Below are positions 23,434 to 34,487 of a stretch of DNA of 64,000 nucleotides, in pieces. The position numbers were made by a program, and so were the translations under genes. This DNA is from Eukaryota sp. TZLM1-RC (taxonomy: Eukaryota > Protista > Metamonada: BaSk clade), in the NCBI GenBank assembly GCA_040285825.1, contig JAUPSS010000002.1, positions 3,224,001 to 3,288,000 of the forward strand, given 5' to 3'. The notes beneath the pieces were generated by a model. It worked only from the letters and a program-made list of their open reading frames with translations. It was not told the DNA's origin and searched no databases. The first letter of the stretch is position 1. Every line of letters begins with the position of its first letter.

Positions 23434-25977
23434 TTATCTTGTCGATAATCTTGAGGTAGGGACCGTGGGAGAAGAGATAGCTAGGTGAGCACCTTGGTGT
23501 CGTAGTGCATTGTACACCTCGGGGGTGACACATTCAGCGAGGCCTCGGGGGTTGATCCTCATGGCTTGACGGAACAAGTCCCATTCGTGAACTGGTTCTC
23601 CAGTGATGTTACCAAAATACTCATCGATCGATGGTTGGGAACCTTCTCTAGCTAGTTCTAATTCTTCACGTGGTCTGGCAACTTCGTTGGCTAGAGCTAT
23701 CAGGGCTGGATCCTCAACGTTACCTCTCGTTTCTCTTAGGACTCGGTCGGTACGACTCCAGAGAATGAATTTGTTGACAAACTTTAGGAGTTTATCAGCG
23801 TCTCTCAGATCGGAAGCTTCAAGATATGGACGTTTAGGACGGTCCCTACGTCTGTCATCTCGATCTCTTGATCCAATCAATGAAGAAAGGAGAAGGCTAC
23901 TTTCATATGTGCCCGAGAAGGGTGAATGATGAGAGGAAATGGAGGATGTTGAACCTGTCGTGGAAGGTGTAGGTTGGGGTTGAGGAGCTCGACTAACGGG
24001 AGTGATGGGAGCAGGTACCGCATCAGAAGATGTGGTGGAGGTGGGTGATTCACTGCTCACAGTGACAACGTCGTCATCGGCTTGTTCCATAGCAGATTGG
24101 TTGGGATTAGAGGTTTCCGTGGTAGGAAGTGAATCAGTTTCCATGGGAGGTTGTGGTGATTCAGGGGGTTGAGCGGAGGAAGATGGAAGTTCACTCTGTT
24201 GAGGTTGAGGTGACTCTTGAACATCTTCAAATTGGGCTGGAACCGGGTGAGAAGATACTGCTGGTTGTACCAAGCGAGTCTTTTCGATCCTACCTTCAAC
24301 CATTACCCATTTCAGCATTGTGGATTCTACACAACCAGGAAATACTGTAACTTGCTGGAGGGCTCTTTGGAGATTACCAGTTCTTCTATGGTCGGGACCA
24401 CAGAAGGAAGCGATGTGATGATCAGGCCGTCTATCATAAAGAAAGAGTCTTTCTTGATAGGTGGTTTCGGTGAACCACCAGCCTGTCCTATGATCCCTAT
24501 CAATTAAAATGTCTAAGGAGGCATTGTACCCAGGGCTGAACCTAGGGTTAGGGCAAGGATTTGCTTCGTTAATGAAGAGATTGTCTTCATCTCCAACGAA
24601 GCGTCTGAAAACACCCTCTCTGGTGGTCCTCATGTACCTGACACCGGGTCTGGGTTCAAAGGATGGTTCGGGATCAACTCTAGCGTTCTCAGGTTCAATC
24701 CTTTCAAATGCAAGGTAAGGGCCGATCCTGGGAGTGACCCGAATTCCTAGTTCGTTTTCAAAACTAGGCCCAAAGAACGGGGGGTGTCCTTTGATCATTT
24801 TCGTAGGAGGAATGGCCTCAGGGTCGTTTGGGTTAACTCTGGAATCCCTATGTGGAACGTTAGGTCTGTGCTGACGGGAAGCACTGTTTTCACGAACGCT
24901 ATTACTAGCATAGGATCCAGAATAGAGGGGTACAGACACTGATTGAAGTGGTTGATGATGGGCAGGTGTAGAGGATGTTTCTCTTCTAGCCTGTAACTCT
25001 CTATCCAGTCTGTTCTTCAGTTTCCAGATTCGTTCTTCTTGGAAGTAACGTTCTAAATATTTTTTAGAAACCTCACCAGTTTCTCCATCAATTTCGGGTA
25101 CAGGTTCCGTGGAAGGAACCGGAGGTTGGGCTATGTGAGAGAATTCCCTAGGAGGTTCCTCATAGTCAACCAGATCCGAAAATAGTAGTTCATACCTCTT
25201 CCTCTGTTCTTCGGAAAGATGCGAAGGAAAGTGTGGTGTGCCAGGAGTGGAATCTCTAGTCTGGGGAGGGGAAACAGACAGATTGTTAACTCCACTTACT
25301 GTTGATGTAGTAAGAGGAGATCCTGAAGTTGGGACAGCAGGATTTTGAATAGTTCTCCTAAAAGTTGGAACTGGAGGGAGAAGCTGTTGAGAGTGAGAGG
25401 ATGGAACCTCAGAACTGGATGAAAGGGATGAAGATGGTACTTCAATGACCTTCGTAGGAGAGGAAGAGGGTTGTTCTTCTAATCCTTCCTTTGTCGCGAG
25501 AGAAGGTTGAACAGTCTCTCTGCCCTGAGTAGAAGGTGAAGGTGGTACTTCAGAACTTCTTTCATGGAGTGGAGAAGATGGGACTTTAGAAACCCTCAAC
25601 TGCGAAGGAGGGGTAGGAGCAACGGAATCCTCTACGTGCTCGTCGTCGTAGGAGACCAACGAAGGACTTCTTCCTTCCGAAGGAACAGACTCCTTGGGAA
25701 TGTTGTCTCCTTCCACAAAAACGGAGTCCTGAGGAGGGGGGCTTCCTTCCATGGGAACGGAATCCTCTGGAAGGGAACTGTCTTCCTTTGGGGTGGAACC
25801 CTCAGGGAGAATTGCTTCAGGAAGGGCAGAAGTTTCAACCGAAGAAGGGGGCATGGAAGCAGGGTCTGTGGTAGGTGGTGAGGAAGAGGGACCAGTCTCT
25901 TCCTCAAGGATCCTACGTCGAGCCTCTGGGGACCCAATACGTATTGATGGTCTTGGCTGTTGGTTGTTGTCTGACAT
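23434..25977 (-). CDS. gag: Truncated Gag polyprotein with long Ser/Pro-rich N-terminal extension
   Basis: 847-aa ORF colinear with ORFs 43720..45840 and 41327..43723; ATG lies inside the LTR. Confidence 0.85.
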   Translation of the reverse strand: MSDNNQQPRPSIRIGSPEARRRILEEETGPSSSPPTTDPASMPPSSVETSALPEAILPEGSTPKEDSSLPEDSVPMEGSPPPQDSVFVEGDNIPKESVPSEGRSPSLVSYDDEHVEDSVAPTPPSQLRVSKVPSSPLHERSSEVPPSPSTQGRETVQPSLATKEGLEEQPSSSPTKVIEVPSSSLSSSSEVPSSHSQQLLPPVPTFRRTIQNPAVPTSGSPLTTSTVSGVNNLSVSPPQTRDSTPGTPHFPSHLSEEQRKRYELLFSDLVDYEEPPREFSHIAQPPVPSTEPVPEIDGETGEVSKKYLERYFQEERIWKLKNRLDRELQARRETSSTPAHHQPLQSVSVPLYSGSYASNSVRENSASRQHRPNVPHRDSRVNPNDPEAIPPTKMIKGHPPFFGPSFENELGIRVTPRIGPYLAFERIEPENARVDPEPSFEPRPGVRYMRTTREGVFRRFVGDEDNLFINEANPCPNPRFSPGYNASLDILIDRDHRTGWWFTETTYQERLFLYDRRPDHHIASFCGPDHRRTGNLQRALQQVTVFPGCVESTMLKWVMVEGRIEKTRLVQPAVSSHPVPAQFEDVQESPQPQQSELPSSSAQPPESPQPPMETDSLPTTETSNPNQSAMEQADDDVVTVSSESPTSTTSSDAVPAPITPVSRAPQPQPTPSTTGSTSSISSHHSPFSGTYESSLLLSSLIGSRDRDDRRRDRPKRPYLEASDLRDADKLLKFVNKFILWSRTDRVLRETRGNVEDPALIALANEVARPREELELAREGSQPSIDEYFGNITGEPVHEWDLFRQAMRINPRGLAECVTPEVYNALRHQGAHLAISSPTVPTSRLSTR

Positions 25978-26098
25978 ACAATGTAGAGTAACAGAAGTGT
26001 AATTTATAACTAAGAGGAATTGGATTCTCTCTTCTTAAGCTAACAGGCGGAATACTTATAACTAAACTATTAACTATAAATACTATTCAAGACTAACA
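25945..26098 (-). repeat. 5' LTR (154 bp), relative of the 150-bp LTRs at 38517 and 45760
   Basis: TGTTAGTCTTGAATAG...GACCATCA. Confidence 0.9.
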
Positions 26099-26295
26099 CT
26101 ATTTTACCAATAATTCCAAAAATCGAAATTGCAAACGGAATGAAGACAAAAGAAGAGTATAAATTTTGATTAAGATTCCTCATTATTTCATCATACAACT
26201 GATTCTTACGTGCCTCCGCCTGACACAGATGCGAATTTTCATCATTAACAACTGAAGACAAGTACACTTTTGCACAATGGTCAACGGTAGTAAAA
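26099..26295 (-). mobile_element. RLE fragment interrupted by the gypsy LTR
   Basis: QAEARKNQLY...FIPFAISIFG. Confidence 0.75.
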
Positions 26296-26312
26296 TTTAA
26301 TTAATTAATTTT

Positions 26313-28178
26313 AAATTTGATCGATCATCTTGATATATTCTGGTCATTCATGTGTGTAAAATTGGAATAGTGTATTCATAATTTATATAATTCCTTTCAG
26401 TTAAAAAGCATTAAGTGATTAGGGAAAGCATCGATTACATTTTTCTACATCAATTGTTGTAAGCTCTTCAATTAAATCAAAGATAGAGTTTTATGTTGTT
26501 CCTCGAATCATTGATGATGATTGGAATTGATACACCAGCAACATGTGTGATTAATAAAATATACTCTTGCTTAATAATAATTTCGTCAAGTTTGACAACA
26601 ATGTGTAACAATACAACTACTTATTTTGGACAAATAACTAGCAGGGTTGTCAAATGGCCTAACATGTCAGGAAAAAACAACTTCGTGTAATGTCACGACT
26701 GGACTTTTCAAGTCAAGACACCCGTTACAGATTTCGACTAAATAATGGTATAACTGCCAACATTAGGTTTCCAAAAACCCTTAACTTTTCAGTCAAAAAC
26801 GTCACAGTCTCTTCATCAGTGACTACCAAATGATGTATTCTTTGATTTGAGAGAGGGAATTCTGTTTGGTCAAGTCTTCTAAAACTCGTGATAATGCAGA
26901 AAGGTCGATTGAAACTCGAATACAGAATCGCAGTTTTTCAAGGTTTTTTAAGGTTTTTTTTAAGTTTTGCCCCATTGCGATGTGATTACAAGTTGACTTG
27001 ATTCTAATTCAAGTCAAACTGTTTCAACTCATAACACGTCAGTTTTGACAAAGAAATTTTTGAAAATTTTTAATTTTTCGATATTTACAAAACAAAAATT
27101 TCAAACACTTTCAAAGTATGTTCGTAATGCCTGCTCAATACAGTGTCATCTGTGTGCCTTATCTTCGCCAAGATCTTTGGTGTTATTGGATCCATCATTG
27201 CCTTCTTTTCTCTACTCCCTGTAGGTGGAGTCTTCTTTGGGTTTGCAGGAATTACGCTTATCTTTATTGGTTCAATCTTTGCAGGGATTTCCGTGAAAGA
27301 TAGTTCAATCTTTACCAATTTTATCGTCTCGTGGATTCTCGCAATTGCCGCTGCTGCACTATTTCTTATTGCAATTTATGAGCACATTGTTGATTTTAGC
27401 TTGGCTAGTTTGGATCCAGAGCTCTTCTTAACGATCTTTCTGGCAGCAGCTCCTGCGTTCGTCTTGTATTTCTGTTTGGCAATGGTGCGTGCGATCTTCT
27501 TCTCGATTTCCTTGAAAACAATGGGAGAAAAGCTCAATTCACCATCTTTGTGCACTGCCGGAACTCTTTATCTTGTAGGTTTTTTCCTCAAGATTATTGT
27601 TATTGGGTTTATCTTGGAATTCGTTGCTTATATCATGATGATTATTGGATTTTGTTCTATTTCAGAACCCAATGGTAAAGGTAATCAGCAATATGTGCAA
27701 TATGTTCAAGTTGTTGGTCAGCAGCAACCTGTAGGTCAACCTACAACAATGTACACAGCAGTATAGGCATAGTTTATCTTTGAATTTGTTATAAAATGAC
27801 GATGATGTGTTTTGCATTTTAAACAAAATGAAGTAGTCTAGATTCATTGTGCTATGGTAAGACCGAAACCATATCAATTACCAAATGCTCAGTACCAATG
27901 GTGCTAATGGTCATTTTCACTTACTACAGAAATAGTCATTTCTTTACTGATTCACTAACTCAAGACAACACAATTGCATTTTAAGGAAAAACAGTATCCA
28001 ATTTAGTAGAAGTCATTAATAAACTAATATTAATTAATGGATTATTTAAATTAATTAAAATTAGTAGTCACCTTGTTTGTAGCACAGAAATAGGTGGTCT
28101 AGATTCAACAAATGTCAATATTTGTTTAAAGCCGCATCCATTGATAAGGGCAACAATTTCATTTTTGAATCTTTGAAA
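26313..28178 (+). repeat. Segmental duplication, copy 1 (copy 2 at 30470-32320)
   Basis: Direct repeat of about 1.85 kb; near-identical core with more diverged flanks. Confidence 0.92.
27115..27766 (+). CDS. DUF996-like multi-pass membrane protein, copy 1; 28-nt intron at 27116-27143 inside the ATG
   Basis: AKIFGVIGSI...IFTNF...TAGTLYLVG...IIVIGFILEFVAYIMMIIGFCSI fits the DUF996 pattern; no ATG upstream of the first TM helix unless GTATGT...TACAG is spliced out. Confidence 0.75.
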
Positions 28179-28540
28179 CGATTTCCTGCAAACTAATATC
28201 TGATAGAACATTGTGTTAGTTGTTTCTTGGTGACTTTGCAGAATGAAATTGGATGCCTCTCTCCTCAAAAATGGTCCAAACGCCTTCCTGCCCATATTCA
28301 CAAAATTCCACCTAGAAGTTTGGTTTCCTGGAAAATTTACATACGCCAAATGATAGAAAAAGTTATTGAAACCTTTTAAAAAGTTGGATTTTACTGTACG
28401 TCTTAGCTTGGCAAAAGAAAGAATCCTGTTTTTGCGAACTTTTCAATTGAGGAAAGTAGCTCAAGTTGTCTCATTTTCCAGATTCCAAATTTTTTTACGG
28501 TCTATTGTTAAATGACCATCAATGGACAACTACCCTAAGA
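28090..28540 (+). mobile_element. RLE retrotransposon internal fragment
   Basis: Nucleotide homology to about 35540-36000 and 6945-7095. Confidence 0.7.
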
Positions 28541-28849
28541 TGGGATAGGATGTGTTATTGGATGAAGAACTATTTGGTTTGTAGAAGGTTGAAAGAGATT
28601 CAGAATTGTTAATTCAAGTTCACAAACGCTTGATTCAACAACAAATCAATGACTCTACCTGGTTTGATCAACACATATTTGATTGTAGAGTTATTTTTAA
28701 ATGTGTTTTCTTTTTTGGTGAATAATCGATGTATAGATAAAGAGCATAAAAATTATGGTTTAAATGTATGAATCCAAAATGGACCTTGAGCACATTATGG
28801 GGATAACGCTTGCCATTCATAATTCCATTTCCCGAGTAAGAGTGGAAAA

Positions 28850-29240
28850 AATTGCTGATTTCTCAAATTCAGGACGAGGTCTTCCCCGACTGCCCTACCT
28901 TGATGAATGCCCGTAAGAATGAACTGTTTAATTGCTGGTGAATAGTGTTTTGGAACAGATTTTCAAAAACTGTTTCTTAAAATACTGACTCTGTGGTGGT
29001 ATGAATTCTCATTGATCCAATAAATCTTACCTACTGACTGGCGGAACATGTTTCATCCATCGTCGGAAAGGTTACATGGCTCGTGATTCCGCCTTTAAAG
29101 TTAAACATGAGCTGAATCATCTGCACCACAACAAGGGTCCGCTTCAGTATCTCACACAGTTACTCTCTTCATTGTGTTGAATGGTTTACGAAGATGTTGA
29201 AAGAACAATGACAAGAAGTAGTGTTTAAGTTGCTGATAAC
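28850..29240 (+). mobile_element. Decayed second copy of the gag-only LTR element (gag 3' end, purine tract, start of LTR)
   Basis: Colinear nucleotide similarity with 11480-11866. Confidence 0.8.
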
Positions 29241-29464
29241 ATGAATTTTTGATATTTCGGCCTCTCAACAGAACAAAGTTTCATTCACACAGCATCTTTA
29301 TAGAGTAAGTGTTTGAAGTAGAGTCTGAATTGAAAGAACGTTTTGGTAATACATTTATACTAAAACGATGTGTGTCGTGGCAATGTAGTGTTAATTGCAT
29401 TACAAACTTCTGCTTTTGTTGCTTTTTAAATAGAAATGTTGATTAATAAATTTAGGTTACATAA

Positions 29465-30010
29465 TCAGAAGGAAATATTCATGGAAAAGGTAGAACAAGG
29501 TACAATTGCCGATTTATTGAAATACAGCACTGAATACAAGTAAATCATATCTAACAAGACGAAATTTATTACACCAAGTTTTCTCAATGGAAACATCATC
29601 TTATTTGAGCAAATGGAATTCAAAAACACCATTAAAAGATATCGAAAAACTCCATATTTCTTTTGGACCAATTTTTTTGGAAATCATGCGAAAATTGCTG
29701 CATCTACTTATGGTTTTCAGATAATAGAACAATGAAAAAAGACTTGAAAAGCCGTCTATTGCCACCAGCATTGTCCTGATGATATTTGTTATAATTTTTG
29801 TAGTTCTCAGTATTTAAGAATAGAACAAAGTTTCCTTCTTTGAACCAAAATGTCATTTGTAATATTGTAGAAGACAAATCAACATCTTCATAGTTATAAA
29901 ACAATCGTAGTAAATATGACCTCTGGCATTAGAACCAAACATTTTTAATGGCAGCATTCCTCTCAGCATAGGATTGTTGATACTTGGAAATTTCCAAATA
30001 CCTTACCATT
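29465..30010 (-). pseudogene. Possible second, divergent Fanzor1 fragment (central region)
   Basis: MMFPLRKLGVINFVLLD resembles the Fanzor1 FPLR...I.ID motif; no RuvC motifs seen. Confidence 0.3.
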
Positions 30011-30469
30011 TTTGCTGTTTGTACATTATTTTTTAACATAAAAACAAGGGTTCATGACCAGGGGTGAAAGAAATCAAATAAAATACAAATAAGCTAGACT
30101 TTGAATAAGCGATCACGTGATACTTTCCTAAAACGGAACATTACGTGGATCTTTGGCAAACGCCTCGTCGACAACATCATTTTATGAAGAACCATAAGTT
30201 TTCAATTTGGAACAATTAAAAGCATGGCAAAACATGAGCTGTGATGAATTAAAGGAAATACTTGTTTTTAAACAGAAGTTTGTCAATAATATATAAGTTT
30301 GTATTCAATTATAACTCCTTTTTGGTACAAACGCTTTGTTATTAGCCCAAAAACTTGTAACACAATGGTGACAAATAGTTAAAAACCGGACGGTTTATTC
30401 TCACATACAAGCTAACTAAAAACAATGAGTCAAAGCCTTGACGTAAATCAGTTGAGGTGCACATAATTG

Positions 30470-32320
30470 AAATTTGATCGATCATGTTGATATATATTCT
30501 GGACATTGGTGTGTGTAAAGTTGGAATAGTGCATTCATAGTTTATCAAATTCCTTTCAGGAAAAAGACCATTAAGTGATTAGGGAAAGCATCGATTATAT
30601 TTTTTTTCATCAATTGTTGTAAGCTCTTGAATTAATTGGAAGAAAGAGTTTTATGTTGTTCCTCGAATCATTGATCAAAAAAGGAATTGATACACCAGCA
30701 ACATGTGTGATTAATAAAATATACTCTTGCTTAATAATAATTTCGTCAAGTTTGACAACAATGTGTAACAATACAACTACTTATTTTGGACAAATAACTA
30801 GCAGGGTTGTGAAATAGCCTAACACGTCAGGAGAAAAATAACTTGATGTAATGTCACGACTGAAATTTTCAAATCAAGACGCCCATTACGGATTTCGACT
30901 AAACAATGGTATAACTGCCAAAATAAGGTTTCAAAAAACCTTTAACTTTTCAGTCAAAAACGTCACAGTCTCTTCATCAGTGACTACCAAATGATGTATT
31001 CTTTCATTTGAGAGAGGGAATTCTGTTTGGTCAAGTCTCAAATCCAGAAAGGTCGATTGAAACTCGAATACAGAATCGCAGTTTTTCAAGGTTTTTTAAG
31101 GTTTTTTTAAGTTTTGCCCCATTGCGATGTGATTACAAGTTGACTTGATTCTAATTCAAGTCAAACTGTTTCAAATCATAACACGTCAGTTTTGACAAAG
31201 AAATTTTTGAAAATTTTTAATTTTTCGATATTTACAAAACAAAAATTTCAAACACTTTCAAAGTATGTTCGTAATGCCTGTTGAATACAGTGTCATCTGT
31301 GTGCCTTATCTTCGCTAAGATCTTTGGTGTTATTGGATCCATCATTGCCTTCTTTTCTCTACTCCCTGTAGGTGGAATCTTCTTTGGGTTTGCAGGAATT
31401 ACGCTTATCTTTATTGGTTCAATCTTTGCAGGGATTTCCGTGAAAGATAGTTCAATCTTTACCAATTTTATCGTCTCGTGGATTCTCGCAATTGCCGCTG
31501 CTGCACTATTTCTTATTGCAATTTATGAGCACATTGTTGATTTTAGCTTGGCTAGTTTGGATCCAGAGCTCTTCTTAACGATCTTTCTGGCAGCAGTTCC
31601 TGCGTTCGTCTTGTATTTCTGTTTGGCAATGGTGCGTGCGATCTTCTTCTCGATTTCCTTGGAAACAATGGGAGAAAAGCTCAATTCACCATCTTTGTGC
31701 ACTGCCGGAACTCTTTATCTTGTAGGTTTTTTCCTCAAGATTATTGTTATTGGGTTTATCTTGGAATTCGTTGCTTATATCATGATGATTATTGGATTTT
31801 GTTCTATTTCAGAACCCAATGGTAAAGGTAATCAGCAATATGTGCAATATGTTCAAGTTGTTGGTCAGCAGCAACCTGTAGGTCAACCTACAACAATGTA
31901 CACAGCAGTATAGGCATAGTTTATCTTTGAATTTGTTATAAAATGACGATGATGTGTTTTGCATTTTAAACAAAATGAAGTAGTCTAGATTCATTGTGCT
32001 ATGGTAAGACCGAAACCATATCAATTACCAAATGCTCAGTACCAATGGTGCTAATGGTCATTTTCACTTACTACAGAAATAGTCATTTCTATACTTAATC
32101 ACAAACTTAAGACAACACAATTGCTTTTTAAGGAAAAAACAGTATCCAAATTACTACAAGTCATTAATATATTCATATTAATTAACTGATAATTTAAATT
32201 AATTATTAGTCATCTTGTTTGTAGCACAGAAAAAGGTGGTCTACATTTTAACAAATGTCAATATTTGTTTAAAGCCGCATCCATTGGTGGGGGCAACAAT
32301 TTCATTTTTGAATTTTTGAA
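30470..32320 (+). repeat. Segmental duplication, copy 2
   Basis: Direct repeat of 26313-28178. Confidence 0.92.
31262..31913 (+). CDS. DUF996-like membrane protein, copy 2; 28-nt intron at 31263-31290 inside the ATG
   Basis: Differs from copy 1 by three amino acids (V/I, A/V, K/E); same A^TG splice arrangement. Confidence 0.75.
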
Positions 32321-33199
32321 ATTATGTACAAATAATGAAAGCAAATACAACAAGGAAGCAAGCAGACCAATTTCGTCTATACAATGAGGTGAAAACGTAT
32401 CAAGAACGGTAACAAAACACATCAGTTCTATTTGTGAAGTTATATTTGAACAGCTTCTTCAAAAGTATTTTATTAAAGTTTCAACTTCAGTTTCTTTTTA
32501 TTATGACTTATTTAATTTTGGACAAAATATAAATGAATACACATGCTTGTACTTAAGATTTTTTAATCCAAAATGAGAACTATGCGATGTATTGTTTCGT
32601 ATATTTGAATTATAACAGACAGCTACTTGAATCTGTGGATGCTGATCATACATCAAAATCTTTCTTAATTAGTGACTATTTTTGCCTCAGCAAATTCAAA
32701 CGGTAAAAGATAGGTTTCTAATAGGTATAAAATGCTACCAAAAAGGCACATTCATGTTGACTTCACTGGAAATCAATTTTTGTTGTTCTGACGATTTCTT
32801 GATATGATGCTTGATGTATCGCTTTTTACGAAAGTTCTAGTGTATAATGGACAACCCGTTTCAACAATTGTGCTATATCTGCATGAGATTTAATTCATTC
32901 TGTTATGGACATTATGTGGCGTTCTTGCATTGATCATTTTTAGCAAAACTCATGCGTGTAAATGAGGAACAAGCCATGTTCTCAAAGGATCAGCTGTCTC
33001 ATGACTCCAAATCACATGAATACCCGTTTTTCAAAATTGAATTTTTGTTCAGTAGAATAGATCAAATTCTAGAAAACAAACCATGGTGTATATGTAATTG
33101 TTTCAGAGTTTAATGTTTTGTTTCTTTTTTTGGTAAAAATCTTATTTAGCAACAACACCTGATAAATTCAAATTAGAACTAATGGGTCTTCAATGAACC

Positions 33200-34080
33200 A
33201 CAATATTTTCTAAAAAATTCTAATTTGCATCTTTTCTCCCAACTGCTTCTCTTATTCAATAAGAAAACTGAGGTAATCTCTGAATTGTAGCGATTAGAAT
33301 TTACCACCGCCACCAAAAGACATCAAATCTCTTCATTGTTTGTTCTTGAACCATTTTTTGGAGAGTATTCAAAAAAGTCCCTGCTTGTATTGATAGTTTT
33401 TTGTTTATAGAAAATGGGAAAGCAATAAAAACAAGTGGTCTGCTTCTATTAGTATTAGCTTCTTACAAATCTTTGTCAAAATTTATACGTTTTTTATTAG
33501 CTTTATTTTTAAGATCTTTTACAGGATTAAGTTTCCTTATTTGAACCAAAGGATCATTTGCAACATTACAATAGCCAAAATCACCAATAACATCAGAGTC
33601 ATCACAAACACAGTATACATCCTTTCTGTCATGAGAACCAAACTTGTTTAATGATAGTGTTTCTCTACGCAAAGTCTCCTTAATGCATGAGATTCCTGTA
33701 TTTCTTTCCATATTAAAACAGTGTCTCTATCAACATCATGCAATAAAGATCGATGAGTTATCCAATTTGGGACATTTCAGAGCGTGACACAAAGTGAGAT
33801 GTGCTGAATTAGAACAAATACAGGTTTCTTGCAAATAAAGTTCGTCATTTGACATATTCAGATTTAATCTCATTTTGGTCACAAACGCTTCAACTTTATC
33901 TTCAACTTCATGATCCAAACCATCGCGGCACAATGGTCACAAACAGCGACGCATTTGATGACTTATTCTCACATACAAGCTTTTTTAATAGTAATGAATG
34001 AAGATCTTGATCCACAACATCCAAGTTGCAGATATTTTCAAACAGATTATCTGTATACATTGTAATCAATAGATTTTCTG
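33200..34080 (-). mobile_element. Decayed RLE retrotransposon 3' region
   Basis: AFVTKMRLNLN, CICSN..HALKC, ISCIKETL, RKDVYC. Confidence 0.75.
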
Positions 34081-34487
34081 AAGTTCGAGGGGAGCATTTT
34101 AGATTTATATAATTCTTGAGTGGTCCTTATTAGAACCATTATTGTCAACTTGTTTTAATATCAATAAGGATTTGTGTACACAAAGCACTGATGATGAATA
34201 GCCAAAACAAGATGTCGTTCTCAAGTAATCGTGTGCCATTTTTCTAATCAAAACTGGTGGTTATTTGGAACATATTGTATCAATTATTTAGGGACAACCA
34301 TAGCATTTGTATGAATACAAATGGAATAATGCTCAGTCAAGAGTTTTTGAAACAATCACACCTTCTCGTCTTGAACGTAGTTTCGATATTTCACTGATCA
34401 ATCATGAAGAAAAAGGGTCCAAAAAAGGAAAGAATTTTGGACTTTTGAAAAAGGATCATTGAAACAAATATTTTACTTCTTCCCAAC

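Larger units (their letters stand above)
22214..26098 (-). mobile_element. Chimeric Ty3/gypsy relic: 5' LTR and gag of the 38.5-45.9 kb family fused to the integrase and 3' LTR of another family
   Basis: The two LTRs are dissimilar, there is no shared TSD, and homology to the full element ends abruptly at about 23449. Confidence 0.85.

Noticed and set aside
22214-26098. A single internally deleted LTR element
   Set aside because: The two LTRs are unrelated, the flanks share no TSD, and the integrase differs from that of the full-length family
32400-33100. Decayed coding-like sequence (also 20200-20750 and 60780-61290)
   Set aside because: No motif I could assign to a family
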